DNA of 52,556 nucleotides from Candidatus Saccharimonadota bacterium (GCA_020428015.1 JAGQNQ010000002.1:1-52556), one strand, 5' to 3'. Numbered from the stretch's first letter, positions 1 through 9,817 are shown. Numbers and translations: made by a program. Notes: generated by a model from the letters alone, not told the origin.

Positions 1-597
1 TCTAGTTGGATAGATGTCCGGGTGGTCATAGTCAATACCTGAAACAAGGCTCATGTGTGGGCGAAAGCTCAAGAAATTGCGATCATACTCATCAGCCTCG
101 TATACAAAATACTTTGCATCCTGGTCGAATTCTCCAATACCGCCAAAACTTAGTTTGCCTCCGACAGAGTAGCTGAGGGTTAGTCCCAGCTCATGAAAGA
201 GCCAGATAACCATGGCGGTGGTCGTTGTTTTTCCGTGAGTACCAGCTATAGCAATAAGTTTTTGACCAGAACTGGTCAAGAGATACTGCAGAAACTCATC
301 GCGCTTTGTGCTTCGAATATTGTGTTCAGCTACGAATTTGAGTTCAGGATGATTTGGGTTTTCGCGGGGTAGTGCGGAAGAGTATACAAACCAGTCAATG
401 GGATGTTGTTCGTGCACCTTTGCAATTGTTTCGGCATCTTGACCGATGTGAATTGAGTCAATTCCTTTTGAGCGAAGGTTCGCTATGTAGCCACTATCCT
501 TCTTGTCTGAGCCAGACACTTCATATCCAGCTTTTTTTGCGATAAGTGCCAGTGGTCCTATACCTGCTCCGCCGATGCCCGAAAAATATACATGCAT
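1..597 (-). CDS. Mur ligase family protein (MurC/Mpl-like), N-terminal 199 aa; 3' end runs off the window
   Basis: Absent from the ORF track because it is truncated. My reverse translation from the ATG at 597 gives MHVYFSGIGGAGIGPLALIAKKAGYEVSGSD...IAIAGTHGKTTTTAM. The GIGGAG Rossmann N-terminus and GTHGKTT P-loop are typical of Mur ligases. Confidence 0.8.
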   Translation of the reverse strand, partial: MHVYFSGIGGAGIGPLALIAKKAGYEVSGSDKKDSGYIANLRSKGIDSIHIGQDAETIAKVHEQHPIDWFVYSSALPRENPNHPELKFVAEHNIRSTKRDEFLQYLLTSSGQKLIAIAGTHGKTTTTAMVIWLFHELGLTLSYSVGGKLSFGGIGEFDQDAKYFVYEADEYDRNFLSFRPHMSLVSGIDYDHPDIYPTR

Positions 598-717
598 AGC
601 TAACAGTTTACCCCGTCAGAAACACCCCGTCCAGCTTTAAGTAGGGGCAGAATAACACCGTTTCCTACGGGGTTTACAGGAATCATGAAACGGTTTACAG
701 TAGAATGAAACACGCTT

Positions 718-1926
718 ATGTTACAGAAACTTATTCGCAAAATAGCCTACCGCCGTCATCCGTGGCGACATATGCAGTTCGACGAGCTTGCAGAAATATA
801 CACCAGTATGAGTTTGCGCAGTCTTGGGTTCAGTATCGTCGGTATATTCATTCCAATTTACCTCTATGAGAGAGGTGTAGAGTTGCAGTCTATATTTTGG
901 CTGTTCAGTTGGATATTTTTACTTCGTATACCAGTTGCGTTTGTCGCCGCATATGTTGTTGGCCGTGCAGGCCCAAAGCACAGCATCGCACTCAGTACGT
1001 TACTATTTATACTTTTTCTCGTTATGCTTCTGAGCTTTACGACCTTTAACTGGCCGCTTGTAAGCCTTGCCGCACTCTTTACGATTTCGAACGGTTTATT
1101 TTTTATTGCTTATAACACCGATTTTTCGAAAATAAAGCATTCAAAACACGGCGGGAAAGAACTCGGATGGTTATACATATTCGAACGAATTGGTGGTGCG
1201 CTTGGACCCTTCATAGGTGGTTTGCTTGCGTCGCTTGCACGCCCTGAGGTTACGATTGTGGCTGCGATTGCTGTATTACTTGGTTCTCTCGTGCCGTTGT
1301 TCTTAACAAATGAACCGGTTAGGCTGCACCAGCATATTACTTTTAGAGGTTTCCCGTGGCGTCGTCACGTCTGGGACGCGGTGAGCTTAGGAGCTTTTAA
1401 TATGGATAATATTTCTAGTCTCATTTGGTGGCCATTATTTGTCGCTGTGACTGTATTCATAACTGGAACATACGCGAAGCTTGGGGCAGTTGTAGCGCTT
1501 GCTATGGGGATTTCGATTTTTAGTGCCTATATGTTCGGAAAATTCATCGATGGCAAGAGGGGAAGGGCACTCTTGTTCTACGGCGTTATTACGAACGCCT
1601 CTCTCCACATACTTCGGCCGTTTATTTCAACTCCAGCCGGTGTCGTTGCAGTCAGTACCGCAAACGAGCCAGTAACCTTAAGTTATCGTCTACCGCTATT
1701 TAAGGCTTTTTATGATGCGGGTGACTCAGAAGAAGGATATCGAATTGTGTACATGGCGTTAACGGAGATGATTGGTGCTTTTTGTAAAGCTGTTCTATGT
1801 TTTTCTCTGTACTTCGCAGCCTACTGGGCAGAAGCCGTGACAGTACTTCAGTGGCATTTTGTCGTTGTAGGCTGTATTAGTCTTGGTATTTTGCTGCAGC
1901 GATTTCCTGCGCTTAAAAAAGCATAA
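718..1926 (+). CDS. multi-pass membrane protein, MFS-transporter-like
   Basis: 402-aa ORF with about 10-12 hydrophobic segments. It has general MFS-like topology, but I recognise no diagnostic motif. Confidence 0.5.
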   Translation: MLQKLIRKIAYRRHPWRHMQFDELAEIYTSMSLRSLGFSIVGIFIPIYLYERGVELQSIFWLFSWIFLLRIPVAFVAAYVVGRAGPKHSIALSTLLFILFLVMLLSFTTFNWPLVSLAALFTISNGLFFIAYNTDFSKIKHSKHGGKELGWLYIFERIGGALGPFIGGLLASLARPEVTIVAAIAVLLGSLVPLFLTNEPVRLHQHITFRGFPWRRHVWDAVSLGAFNMDNISSLIWWPLFVAVTVFITGTYAKLGAVVALAMGISIFSAYMFGKFIDGKRGRALLFYGVITNASLHILRPFISTPAGVVAVSTANEPVTLSYRLPLFKAFYDAGDSEEGYRIVYMALTEMIGAFCKAVLCFSLYFAAYWAEAVTVLQWHFVVVGCISLGILLQRFPALKKA

Positions 1927-1944
1927 GCGGTATAATAGAATTAT

Positions 1945-2547
1945 ATGCGAATGAAACAGTTTGACGAGAGGCGAGATATTGCAAAAGTCGGGATATTTGG
2001 TGGCCTGACCGCTGTATCTGGCGCTCTATTTGTTGTTGGTATGGTTCAGAATGGGGATGGAGCCGTGGAGCGATATAACGCACTTAAAGCAGCTGATGAA
2101 GCTGGAGGGGATGTTTCAGAGACGCTCAATGACTTAAGAAGCTTTATATATACCCATATGAACACTGAGATAGGCGGAGAGAACGGAATATATCCACCCA
2201 TACAGTTGAGCGGTACTTACGATCGGCTTCTTGCAGCAGAAGAGAAGAGGGTCAAAGACATTAACGATAACTTGTATTCTGAGGCTCAAGCCTATTGTGA
2301 AGCCAACGGGAATCAGGGTTTTTCAGGACGTAATCGCATAGATTGTATCAATGGGTATATAGATCAGAATGGGGCAAAACCGCGTGAGATAGAGAGCTCG
2401 TTGTACAAGTATGACTTTGTTGCACCGAGATGGTCTCCTGATCTCGCAGGCTTTAGCCTCCTCGCGTCGATATTGTTTGGACTTATAACAGTGTTATCGC
2501 TCATTAGCTATTTGCGCACTCGTCATTTCGTCCATCTTGCAAACTAG
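1945..2547 (+). CDS. hypothetical protein with N- and C-terminal transmembrane helices
   Basis: 200-aa ORF with hydrophobic segments at both ends. A terminator hairpin follows it. Confidence 0.45.
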   Translation: MRMKQFDERRDIAKVGIFGGLTAVSGALFVVGMVQNGDGAVERYNALKAADEAGGDVSETLNDLRSFIYTHMNTEIGGENGIYPPIQLSGTYDRLLAAEEKRVKDINDNLYSEAQAYCEANGNQGFSGRNRIDCINGYIDQNGAKPREIESSLYKYDFVAPRWSPDLAGFSLLASILFGLITVLSLISYLRTRHFVHLAN

Positions 2548-2555
2548 ATATAAGA

Positions 2556-2587
2556 AATACCGCCCATAGATTAGGCGGTATTTCGTT
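2556..2587. terminator. bidirectional rho-independent terminator between convergent genes
   Basis: Stem taccgcc (2558-2564) pairs with ggcggta (2574-2580). It is flanked by A-rich sequence on one side and T-rich sequence on the other. Confidence 0.6.
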
Positions 2588-2602
2588 CAGCTCCAGATTA
2601 TT

Positions 2603-3262
2603 TTATGGAGTCTGAGTTTCTGTATCTGTCGTGTCTGACTGCTGATCAGTGCCGGCTGGTTGTGTTGCTTGGGTCTGATCCTGAGTCTGTTGAGTGTTTG
2701 TATTATTTGTGGTATTACCACCATTTGCCTTGTACTCAGTGATAGCTTTTACGACTTGACCGTCATCTTTGAGGTTCTCCCAGAAGAGCACTTGGCTGCG
2801 GGCAATATACATCTGATCCTGTGGGCCGTGTAGTTCATTACCGAGCTTTGCTAGGCTAATGTTTGCTTGCTGTTGCTGGTTCTGACCTTCTGGCTGTACA
2901 GGGTTTTCTACCCGTACATAGTAAATGTCCTGAAGTACATATGTGTCGCTGTTGTAGACGCCAAGCTTACCAAAGTAGACCTGTCCGTCCTGGCTGTTTA
3001 AGAATACCGCTTGGTACTTGTCTGTCTGGATAAGGTCAGCTTCTTTGTTCGTTCTGTTACCCTTACCGCCAAAAACAAGACCAATGATCATGACAGCAGT
3101 GATTAACGCTACACCAAAAAGTACAAATACGGAACTTAACTTACTGAAATCTAGACCCTTCTTGCCGCTTTTCTGTGACATAGAAGATTCCATATCACTG
3201 CTCATCTGTGGAGCAGGTTGCTGCTGTTGCATAGGGCGATTGCCTCTGTTGGCAAAGTCCAT
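2603..3262 (-). CDS. membrane-anchored hypothetical protein with Q/T-rich termini
   Basis: 219-aa ORF with a single TM helix (VFVLFGVALITAVMIIGLVF). Both tails are low-complexity and Q/T-rich. Confidence 0.5.
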   Translation of the reverse strand: MDFANRGNRPMQQQQPAPQMSSDMESSMSQKSGKKGLDFSKLSSVFVLFGVALITAVMIIGLVFGGKGNRTNKEADLIQTDKYQAVFLNSQDGQVYFGKLGVYNSDTYVLQDIYYVRVENPVQPEGQNQQQQANISLAKLGNELHGPQDQMYIARSQVLFWENLKDDGQVVKAITEYKANGGNTTNNTNTQQTQDQTQATQPAGTDQQSDTTDTETQTP

Positions 3263-3451
3263 GGGCTTCCCACCTAACCTTTCTCTAATAACTTTATTTA
3301 TACATGTAAGTGTAATGCATAAGCGTCATAAAAGGCAAGAAGATTTAAGAGACAGTTCAACAACAGATTACGAAAAAATATTGACAAGTGTTGATAAGAG
3401 GGAGTATGTTGGAGACACTAACTAATGTTAAGAGGGGAAAGGCATTTAAGC

Positions 3452-3649
3452 ATGGCTTACAAGCACACAAACTCAAAGGGTATTACTTACCACCTAAACT
3501 CAAAGGACGTTACACTTCGTGGTGGCAAAACACAAACGATTTATTACTTCAGCAAGGATCAGCGACCAGAAGCTTGCGACCTACCAGCAGGCATGCAGGT
3601 TAATGAAAACCAGCGCAATGGCTTCCTAACTGTTAGCCGCAAGAAATAA
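3452..3649 (+). CDS. small conserved hypothetical protein (65 aa)
   Basis: I moved the start to the ATG at 3452 (MAYKHTNSKGITYHLNSKDVTLRGGKTQTIYYFSKD...), which follows an aggggaaagg RBS. A strong terminator follows the gene. Confidence 0.5.
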   Translation: MAYKHTNSKGITYHLNSKDVTLRGGKTQTIYYFSKDQRPEACDLPAGMQVNENQRNGFLTVSRKK

Positions 3650-3671
3650 GTTACTAAGTAACTTATTCGAG

Positions 3672-3702
3672 GACCCCCTAGGCAAAATAGGGGGTCTTTT
3701 CT
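3672..3702 (+). terminator. rho-independent terminator
   Basis: Stem gacccccta (3672-3680) pairs with tagggggtc (3688-3696), followed by ttttct. Confidence 0.7.
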
Positions 3703-3705
3703 GTT

Positions 3706-4473
3706 ATGATGATACGGATGAAATATATAATTGAAGTGGAAAAGCTTCGTAAACAGTACGGAGATAAAGTGGCCGTAGATGGCGTCAGTTTTTCGGTCAA
3801 AAAAGGCGAAATATTTGGCATTCTAGGCCCGAACGGGGCCGGGAAAACAACAACCCTCGAAATGCTTGAAGCAATGCGGCAAATTGACGGCGGAAAAGCC
3901 CTGATTAACGGTATCGATGTGTCCAAAAACCCCGAAGGCATACGCCGTATCATCGGTGTACAACCGCAAAGTCCGGCTTTTCAGGACAAGACAAAGTTAA
4001 CGGAACTCCTTGAACTATTCGCAGCAGCTTATGGTGAAAAAGTGAACGTAAAAAAGTTTTTAAGTGACTTAAATTTAGAAGAAAAGGCAAGTTCGTTCGT
4101 AGAACAGCTGTCTGGAGGCCAGAAGCAGCGGTTTAGTATTGCGGCAGCGCTCGTGCACAATCCAAAGGTATTTTTTATGGATGAACCGACAACTGGCCTA
4201 GACCCGCAGGCTCGCCGTAATCTCTGGAGTTTGGTAGAGAAAATTCGTGATCGTGGCATTACGGTTATTTTGACCACGCATTATATGGACGAAGCAGAGC
4301 TTCTGTGCGACCGAGTCGCCATTATGGATCGTGGTCAGATTGTAACTATAGATACGCCGAAGAACCTGATTAAGCAGCTGATTCAGAAGGGCTTCAAGAA
4401 AAAACAAGAAGTCGAACAGGCAAACCTCGAGGATGTTTTCATAGACCTAACGGGAAAGAAGTTAAGGGATTAA
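3706..4473 (+). CDS. ABC transporter ATP-binding protein (ABC-2 type)
   Basis: Walker A GPNGAGKTT, signature LSGGQKQR and Walker B FFMDEP are present. It is immediately followed by the permease gene. Confidence 0.9.
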   Translation: MMIRMKYIIEVEKLRKQYGDKVAVDGVSFSVKKGEIFGILGPNGAGKTTTLEMLEAMRQIDGGKALINGIDVSKNPEGIRRIIGVQPQSPAFQDKTKLTELLELFAAAYGEKVNVKKFLSDLNLEEKASSFVEQLSGGQKQRFSIAAALVHNPKVFFMDEPTTGLDPQARRNLWSLVEKIRDRGITVILTTHYMDEAELLCDRVAIMDRGQIVTIDTPKNLIKQLIQKGFKKKQEVEQANLEDVFIDLTGKKLRD

Positions 4474-4475
4474 TT

Positions 4476-5576
4476 ATGGATTCATCATTCTACACTGTAA
4501 AAACTTTCGTGAAGATTAACACTCGGCGCTTTTTCCGCGACCGCTTAGCTATATTTTTCACCGTTATATTCCCTCTTATTTTCTTATTCATCTTTGGGGC
4601 AATGAGCCGTGGTGGCGACCTATCGTTTAAGGTCGCACTAATTAATGAATCAACGAATCAGGCAGCATTCGACTACGTATCAGAAGTTAAGAACGACAAA
4701 CTTTTTAAAATTGACGAAAAAGTGACCACACTTGATCTCGCAAAACAGAAGATGAAACGTGGCGAAATAGATGCGGCGCTGGTAATTCCAAGCAACTTTG
4801 GTGAAGATGTGAACGGTGTCGCTTCGGGTGATTTGAATATCGTTTATTCCCCTAATAACGAAGTTGCTGCGCAAGCCCTTGTTTCTATTGAGACGGCACA
4901 CTTCCAGGGAAAGAACAAACAGCAGTCACAGACACCCGACCCATTCACGGTATCAGTGGAGGTGCTGAACGAACAAGCACTATCTCGGTTTGATTATACG
5001 TTTTCGGGCTTACTCGGCTTCTCTATCATTGGTCTTGGTATCTTTGGGCCGGTCAATGTGTTTCCAGAGCTAAAGAAGCAGGGAATTTTGCGTCGCCTGC
5101 ACACCACACCTCTAAAAGTGTGGCAGTATTTCGTTTCAAATGTGATTTCACAGGCAGTAATCGGGATTATTACCCTCAGCGTTTCGTTCCTGGTTGCCAT
5201 ATTTGTATTCGATTTGAAGGTCGTCGGTAACTGGTTCGAACTAGCAGCATTTATCGCCTTCAGTATCATTTCTATCTATGGCATTGGTCTTGCTATCGGT
5301 GGCTGGGCTAAGAACGAACGTCAGGCCGCACCGCTATCTAATATTGTCGTGTTTCCACTGATGTTCCTATCCGGCACATTCTTCCCTCGTTATGCAATGC
5401 CAGAGTGGCTGCAAAGCGTGTCAAACTATCTGCCGCTTACACCCGTTATTGATGGTATTCGACTTATTGCTGCCGAAGGTCAGCACTTGGTGGATCTAGG
5501 TCCGCAGCTGGGGTTGATTGCCGCATGGACGGTAGTAATTTATATCATAGCTTTCAAAGTATTTAGGTGGGAATAA
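4476..5576 (+). CDS. ABC-2 family transporter permease
   Basis: 366 aa with an N-terminal TM helix, a large extracytoplasmic loop and a C-terminal 5-TM bundle. It is adjacent to the ATPase gene. Confidence 0.8.
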   Translation: MDSSFYTVKTFVKINTRRFFRDRLAIFFTVIFPLIFLFIFGAMSRGGDLSFKVALINESTNQAAFDYVSEVKNDKLFKIDEKVTTLDLAKQKMKRGEIDAALVIPSNFGEDVNGVASGDLNIVYSPNNEVAAQALVSIETAHFQGKNKQQSQTPDPFTVSVEVLNEQALSRFDYTFSGLLGFSIIGLGIFGPVNVFPELKKQGILRRLHTTPLKVWQYFVSNVISQAVIGIITLSVSFLVAIFVFDLKVVGNWFELAAFIAFSIISIYGIGLAIGGWAKNERQAAPLSNIVVFPLMFLSGTFFPRYAMPEWLQSVSNYLPLTPVIDGIRLIAAEGQHLVDLGPQLGLIAAWTVVIYIIAFKVFRWE

Positions 5577-6022
5577 TGGCTGACTATCCCCTAACTAAAG
5601 AGGAGTTTGATGCAATTTATCATAAGGTGCCACGTTTAACAGTCGAGGTTATTGTGCAGACGGACCGGGGCGTTGCACTGACGTTGCGAAGCATTGAGCC
5701 CAGCGCAGGTCAGTGGCATTTGCCAGGTGGGACGGTCTACTACGGAGAGTCGTTTGAGGACACGGTGAAGCGTATCGCTAAAAAAGAGCTCAATATTGAG
5801 GTGCGCGCATGCAAAAATATTGGCTACATCGAATATCCTGAACATGTTAAGAGTGGCTATGGAGACCCGCGAGGGTTAGCCTTTTTGGTAACAGATTTCT
5901 CGGGCGAGCCTACACCAGACGAAGAAGCAGACGAGGTTCAGTGGTTCAAAACAGTCCCCGAAAAAATCCACCCCCATCAGGACGACTTTCTCGTCGAACA
6001 TCAGCTTTTAACGCGGGAATAA
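5576..6022 (+). CDS. NUDIX hydrolase
   Basis: NUDIX box GGTVYYGESFEDTVKRIAKKELNIE. I prefer the ATG at 5576 (TAATG overlap with the permease stop, taggtggg RBS) over the GTG at 5567. Confidence 0.8.
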   Translation: MADYPLTKEEFDAIYHKVPRLTVEVIVQTDRGVALTLRSIEPSAGQWHLPGGTVYYGESFEDTVKRIAKKELNIEVRACKNIGYIEYPEHVKSGYGDPRGLAFLVTDFSGEPTPDEEADEVQWFKTVPEKIHPHQDDFLVEHQLLTRE

Positions 6023-6420
6023 ACAACCAGACCTAGGCCGATCGCTACGAGTAGCAACCCAAGTCCTTGCAGTGGAACGATCTTTTCCTTGAATAAGAAG
6101 TAACTTGCAACTGTTGTAATTACGATGGATCCGCCAAAAACAATTGGAGCAACAATTGCGACGTTATTCTGCTCGTAAGATTTTCCTAGCGCAAGTGTAA
6201 AAACGGAAATTATCACACCGCCCGCAATAGCAGCTGCTAATCCTGACTTTGTTGACACTTTGTCGCCCGCTTTAGCCGTAAGAATAAGCAGCAAGGGTAT
6301 GCTTATAGAAGTAATATTAACGATAAGAGCGACTAGACTGACATTCGCATGACGATTCGCATAGGTAGCGACAAGTATCCCGAGCGAATAGGTGAATAGA
6401 GAAATAAAAATGTAAACCAT
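6001..6420 (-). CDS. small EamA/DMT-like membrane protein
   Basis: 139 aa with four or five TM helices, which resembles a single EamA domain. Confidence 0.5.
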   Translation of the reverse strand: MVYIFISLFTYSLGILVATYANRHANVSLVALIVNITSISIPLLLILTAKAGDKVSTKSGLAAAIAGGVIISVFTLALGKSYEQNNVAIVAPIVFGGSIVITTVASYFLFKEKIVPLQGLGLLLVAIGLGLVVYSRVKS

Positions 6421-6464
6421 TGTTAGTTAAAGCATAGAACAGAGCAGAAAAAACACAAAACAGA

Positions 6465-6493
6465 TTGATTTATAACCGTAACTGTGATATAAT
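6465..6493 (+). promoter_or_regulatory. sigma70-type promoter with extended -10, probably giving a leaderless mRNA for the 6500 ORF
   Basis: TTGATT (6465-6470), a 17-nt spacer, then TGaTATAAT (-10 at 6488-6493). The ATG at 6500 lies only 6 nt after the -10 element. Confidence 0.5.
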
Positions 6494-6499
6494 ATAAGT

Positions 6500-7063
6500 A
6501 TGGCACCAAAATATACACAACCTCTAAAAAACCCTGACTTAATTCCTGGCCAAGGCGAACTAATAACTTTCTTGCCTCAAACAGGTCGTGAGGTTGCTGC
6601 AGACGTGTTCGCACCCCTGAAACCCGAGGATGGTGTCTCAGTCGATCTGGCTACGCGTATATCAGCTTTAGGACAAGCTGTCTCAGAGTTAGCTCAAGCT
6701 AGCAAGCTTAGTGGTTTTCATACTGCAACATCAAGCGAAGAGTTTCCTCGCCTACGAGCACCCATAGAACGCCAGTATGAAGATGTTGATCAAGTAGCCG
6801 GTAGAGCGCAGGATAAAAGAGCAAGACATATGCTTAGTGCCAAACAAGCGTTTGCTAGGGCTATAGGGCTACCACAGATGATCGCTGCTGAAGCCGATCC
6901 CAAAGAGCAAGAAAGAATGAAACAGGAAGCAGCTGCTGAGTTCGGAGAGTTTACGCAGAAATACGGAGATGCAAAGGGTGCAGAGAATAGGAAAGAGTTA
7001 CGTAAGAGTTTAAGAAAAGTGGAGCGGGAGCTTGCCAAAGTAAGTCGTAAGCAAGCATTATAG
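6500..7063 (+). CDS. hypothetical protein with a charged/coiled C-terminus
   Basis: 187-aa ORF. I recognise no family. Confidence 0.45.
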   Translation: MAPKYTQPLKNPDLIPGQGELITFLPQTGREVAADVFAPLKPEDGVSVDLATRISALGQAVSELAQASKLSGFHTATSSEEFPRLRAPIERQYEDVDQVAGRAQDKRARHMLSAKQAFARAIGLPQMIAAEADPKEQERMKQEAAAEFGEFTQKYGDAKGAENRKELRKSLRKVERELAKVSRKQAL

Positions 7064-7069
7064 AACCAT

Positions 7070-7870
7070 ATGAGAACAAGAGAATTCCCTTTTGCAAAAT
7101 ATCGTGATTGGGGCCAGGTTCCTCAAGCCAGGCCAGATATTGACGTTGATTTAGTTGCCGACCTGACAAGCTGGCAGAGTAATATTTTAAAAGAACCCGC
7201 ACTAGACGATATTACAGGCTATTATCGGTTTTTCCCGTCAGCAAACGGAGTTATGGGGTACGCGACGAGAGCAGCTAATAGACGACCAATAGTTCTTGAG
7301 GACGTTGAAGACGGCGACACACCAGAGCAAAAAAGAGAACGACAGATACGACATATTGGAGAAACTGCGGAACTGGCATCTGCTGTGTTTTGGGCTGCTG
7401 CAGTAATGCGTCATGACGTTACGAACAGGGCTCTAGGTCAAATAGCAGATCTTGCGGAAAGAGGTTTAAGCAACGGAACTATGCCAGATGACATTGCGGC
7501 ATATGCGTCAGATGCCATCGCTGACTACGGTTATTGTCTAGTCTATCCCGTACAAATTGATCATAAAGGCGAAGATCATGGCAAAGGCTTGAAGTCTCAG
7601 ATTGAGAGAGTTGCTCCAGGTGTTGGGCAAGCATTGCTAGATTTTGGAAACTACTCTGGGGAACATCCGGAAGTATTGCATAGTTACGACGGAATCGTTG
7701 CTCTACAGGCAGCTATGCTCGAACAGGAAAGGCGCATTGATCATTGGGCTCCTCGACATGTTGCAGTACTAGAGGCCATGCCAGAAATTTCTCCATCGCA
7801 AGAAGTGATTAACCTTGCTGTAGACTTTCCTGAGCTGTTCTCTCTTCATCAACGAGTGAAAATAGCCTAG
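7070..7870 (+). CDS. hypothetical protein
   Basis: 266-aa ORF tightly following the previous gene. I recognise no family. Confidence 0.45.
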   Translation: MRTREFPFAKYRDWGQVPQARPDIDVDLVADLTSWQSNILKEPALDDITGYYRFFPSANGVMGYATRAANRRPIVLEDVEDGDTPEQKRERQIRHIGETAELASAVFWAAAVMRHDVTNRALGQIADLAERGLSNGTMPDDIAAYASDAIADYGYCLVYPVQIDHKGEDHGKGLKSQIERVAPGVGQALLDFGNYSGEHPEVLHSYDGIVALQAAMLEQERRIDHWAPRHVAVLEAMPEISPSQEVINLAVDFPELFSLHQRVKIA

Positions 7871-7875
7871 TTTTT

Positions 7876-8976
7876 ATGGCATTTTTCATTCTGGCGCCGA
7901 TGGATGATGTGACTGATACGGTGTTTCGCCGTATTGTTGCTGATTGTGCTGCACCTGATATGACAATGACAGAATTCGTGAATGTTGACGGCCTGACAAG
8001 CGTCGGACGTCCGAAGCTCATGCATCGATTAAGTGTTGAGCATGACAGTGTGCCCGTCATTGCCCAAATATGGGGCAAGAAACCCGAAAACTTTAAACAA
8101 ATTGCTGACGAAATAGCATCCGGAGTAATACCAGGATTTGCTGGAGTAGACATCAATTTTGGGTGTCCCGAAAAGAGCGTCGTTAAGAACGAATGTTGCT
8201 CAGCACTTGCTCAGCCACAACTGCGCGATAAAGCGTTGGCCATTATCAATGCAACAAAAGAAGGGCTAGTAGGTCGGTTACCGTTAAGTATCAAAACACG
8301 GCTTGGATTCAAAGACATCGATTATTCGTGGCATGAGTTTTTATTAGAGCAAAAGCCAGATATGTTGACCGTTCATGTGCGGACAACGCGCGAAATGAGT
8401 AAGGTGCCGGCACGCTGGGAGGCAATTGAGCCAATCGTAATATTGAGAGACAGAATATCACCAAATACCAAAATCGTTCTAAACGGCGACGTGATGAATA
8501 GGGAGCAGGGTGAGAAACTGGCGAGAAAACACGGTGTTGACGGCATCATGATTGGTAGGGGGGTGTTTCACGACCCCTATTGTTTCGCCCCCACAACGCA
8601 TCAGCCGACCTGTCAGCTAGCAAAGCCAGCTGCTCTCTCGGCTTCTTCGGATGCTACACATTTTTCTTCTCCGGTGCTCACTTCACCGTATGACGATACG
8701 GTTCGTTCCGCTACTCAAAGAGAAAATGCACATCATCTCGAAGTGCATTCCGGGTGCAAAACACCGTGGCAGCAGAAAACCAAGCAAGAGCGAATTGATC
8801 TGCTCAAACACCATATGAACTTACACGAGCAAACGTATCCTAACGGTGCGCGGCCGTTCAATCCGCTTAAAAAATTCGCTAAAATTTATATCAGTGATTT
8901 CCCGGGCGCATCCGAACTACGAGATAAAGTAATGCACACCAGTTCAGTCGAAGAAGCAATTGAGCTACTGCAATAA
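7876..8976 (+). CDS. tRNA-dihydrouridine synthase (Dus family) with an internal S/T/P/A/H-rich insertion
   Basis: N-terminus FILAPMDDVTDTVFRRIV, then INFGCPEKSV and IMIGRGVFHDPY, all typical of the Dus TIM barrel. Confidence 0.85.
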   Translation: MAFFILAPMDDVTDTVFRRIVADCAAPDMTMTEFVNVDGLTSVGRPKLMHRLSVEHDSVPVIAQIWGKKPENFKQIADEIASGVIPGFAGVDINFGCPEKSVVKNECCSALAQPQLRDKALAIINATKEGLVGRLPLSIKTRLGFKDIDYSWHEFLLEQKPDMLTVHVRTTREMSKVPARWEAIEPIVILRDRISPNTKIVLNGDVMNREQGEKLARKHGVDGIMIGRGVFHDPYCFAPTTHQPTCQLAKPAALSASSDATHFSSPVLTSPYDDTVRSATQRENAHHLEVHSGCKTPWQQKTKQERIDLLKHHMNLHEQTYPNGARPFNPLKKFAKIYISDFPGASELRDKVMHTSSVEEAIELLQ

Positions 8977-9479
8977 TGGCTAAGGACAGAGTATCTATTC
9001 CAGTAGAATGCAAGGGGGCTGAAAATGTTGAGGCTTCTGGACTATTGTATGTATGGAACAGAGATCGCTTGACGCCAGGATTTGCGAGCACACTGATTGA
9101 TGAGTATTTTGAAAAGAACCGCTTAGAATTGCCTCGCATAATTCCAATAATTAGTCTTGAAGTGGGTGGCATCGACTGTTCATATGCAGGTGAATATCTT
9201 CGTGTTGACGGCAGATGGCCCGCGGTTGTGAGTGGTGGAAGAACTGTAATGGGGCGAATAAACAGGGGATTAAGTCATTTTGAAACAATGATCGGTGACC
9301 GCATAAAAAACGATTCAGATTTCGTTGCTTGTTTTACACGACCTGGTGTCCTGAAACAGCAATTTCCAGAAGAGCTAGAGCTATTTCATTTGACTATGGG
9401 GTCGGTTTGCGTGAATAGTGGGATTGCTGTTATCAGATCTGATTTGCAAAGACTCGAAATACCTGAAGTGATGCACTAG
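8976..9479 (+). CDS. hypothetical protein
   Basis: 167-aa ORF whose start overlaps the dus stop. I recognise no family. Confidence 0.4.
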   Translation: MAKDRVSIPVECKGAENVEASGLLYVWNRDRLTPGFASTLIDEYFEKNRLELPRIIPIISLEVGGIDCSYAGEYLRVDGRWPAVVSGGRTVMGRINRGLSHFETMIGDRIKNDSDFVACFTRPGVLKQQFPEELELFHLTMGSVCVNSGIAVIRSDLQRLEIPEVMH

Positions 9480-9817
9480 TCGCGGTAGCGTTCGCCCCAA
9501 GCGGCCATGGACGCGAGGATATCAGTCAGGCCGTGGCCTTTCTCAGTCAAATGGTACTTGTAGCGGGGCGGGTGGGCATTATACTGACGTTTTTCAATAA
9601 TTCCTTCATCCTGTAGGGCTTCTAGGCGAGCGCTAAGGGTACGAGGACTTATGCCGGCCAAAACGGTTTCGAGGTCACCAAAGGTACGAGGTTCTGTGAC
9701 AAGTTGGCCGACAAGTAGAGGAGTCCATTTGTCGCCGAGAATACGAAGAGCGGCCTGTATGCAGCCAGGTTTTTTTTCGACTTTTTCAACTTGTGGTTGT
9801 GGGGTAGTGAATGCCAT
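9476..9817 (-). CDS. HxlR-family winged-helix transcriptional regulator
   Basis: ILGDKWTPLLVGQL...ISPRTLSARLEALQDEGIIEKR matches the HxlR signature. It is divergent from an FMN reductase gene. Confidence 0.85.
   Translation of the reverse strand: MAFTTPQPQVEKVEKKPGCIQAALRILGDKWTPLLVGQLVTEPRTFGDLETVLAGISPRTLSARLEALQDEGIIEKRQYNAHPPRYKYHLTEKGHGLTDILASMAAWGERYRD

Noticed and set aside
3018-3603. Plus-strand ORFs of 135 aa and 71 aa.
   Set aside because: The first lies antisense to the 219-aa membrane protein gene. The second is an alternative frame over the better-supported 65-aa gene, which has an RBS, a conserved-looking sequence and a terminator.
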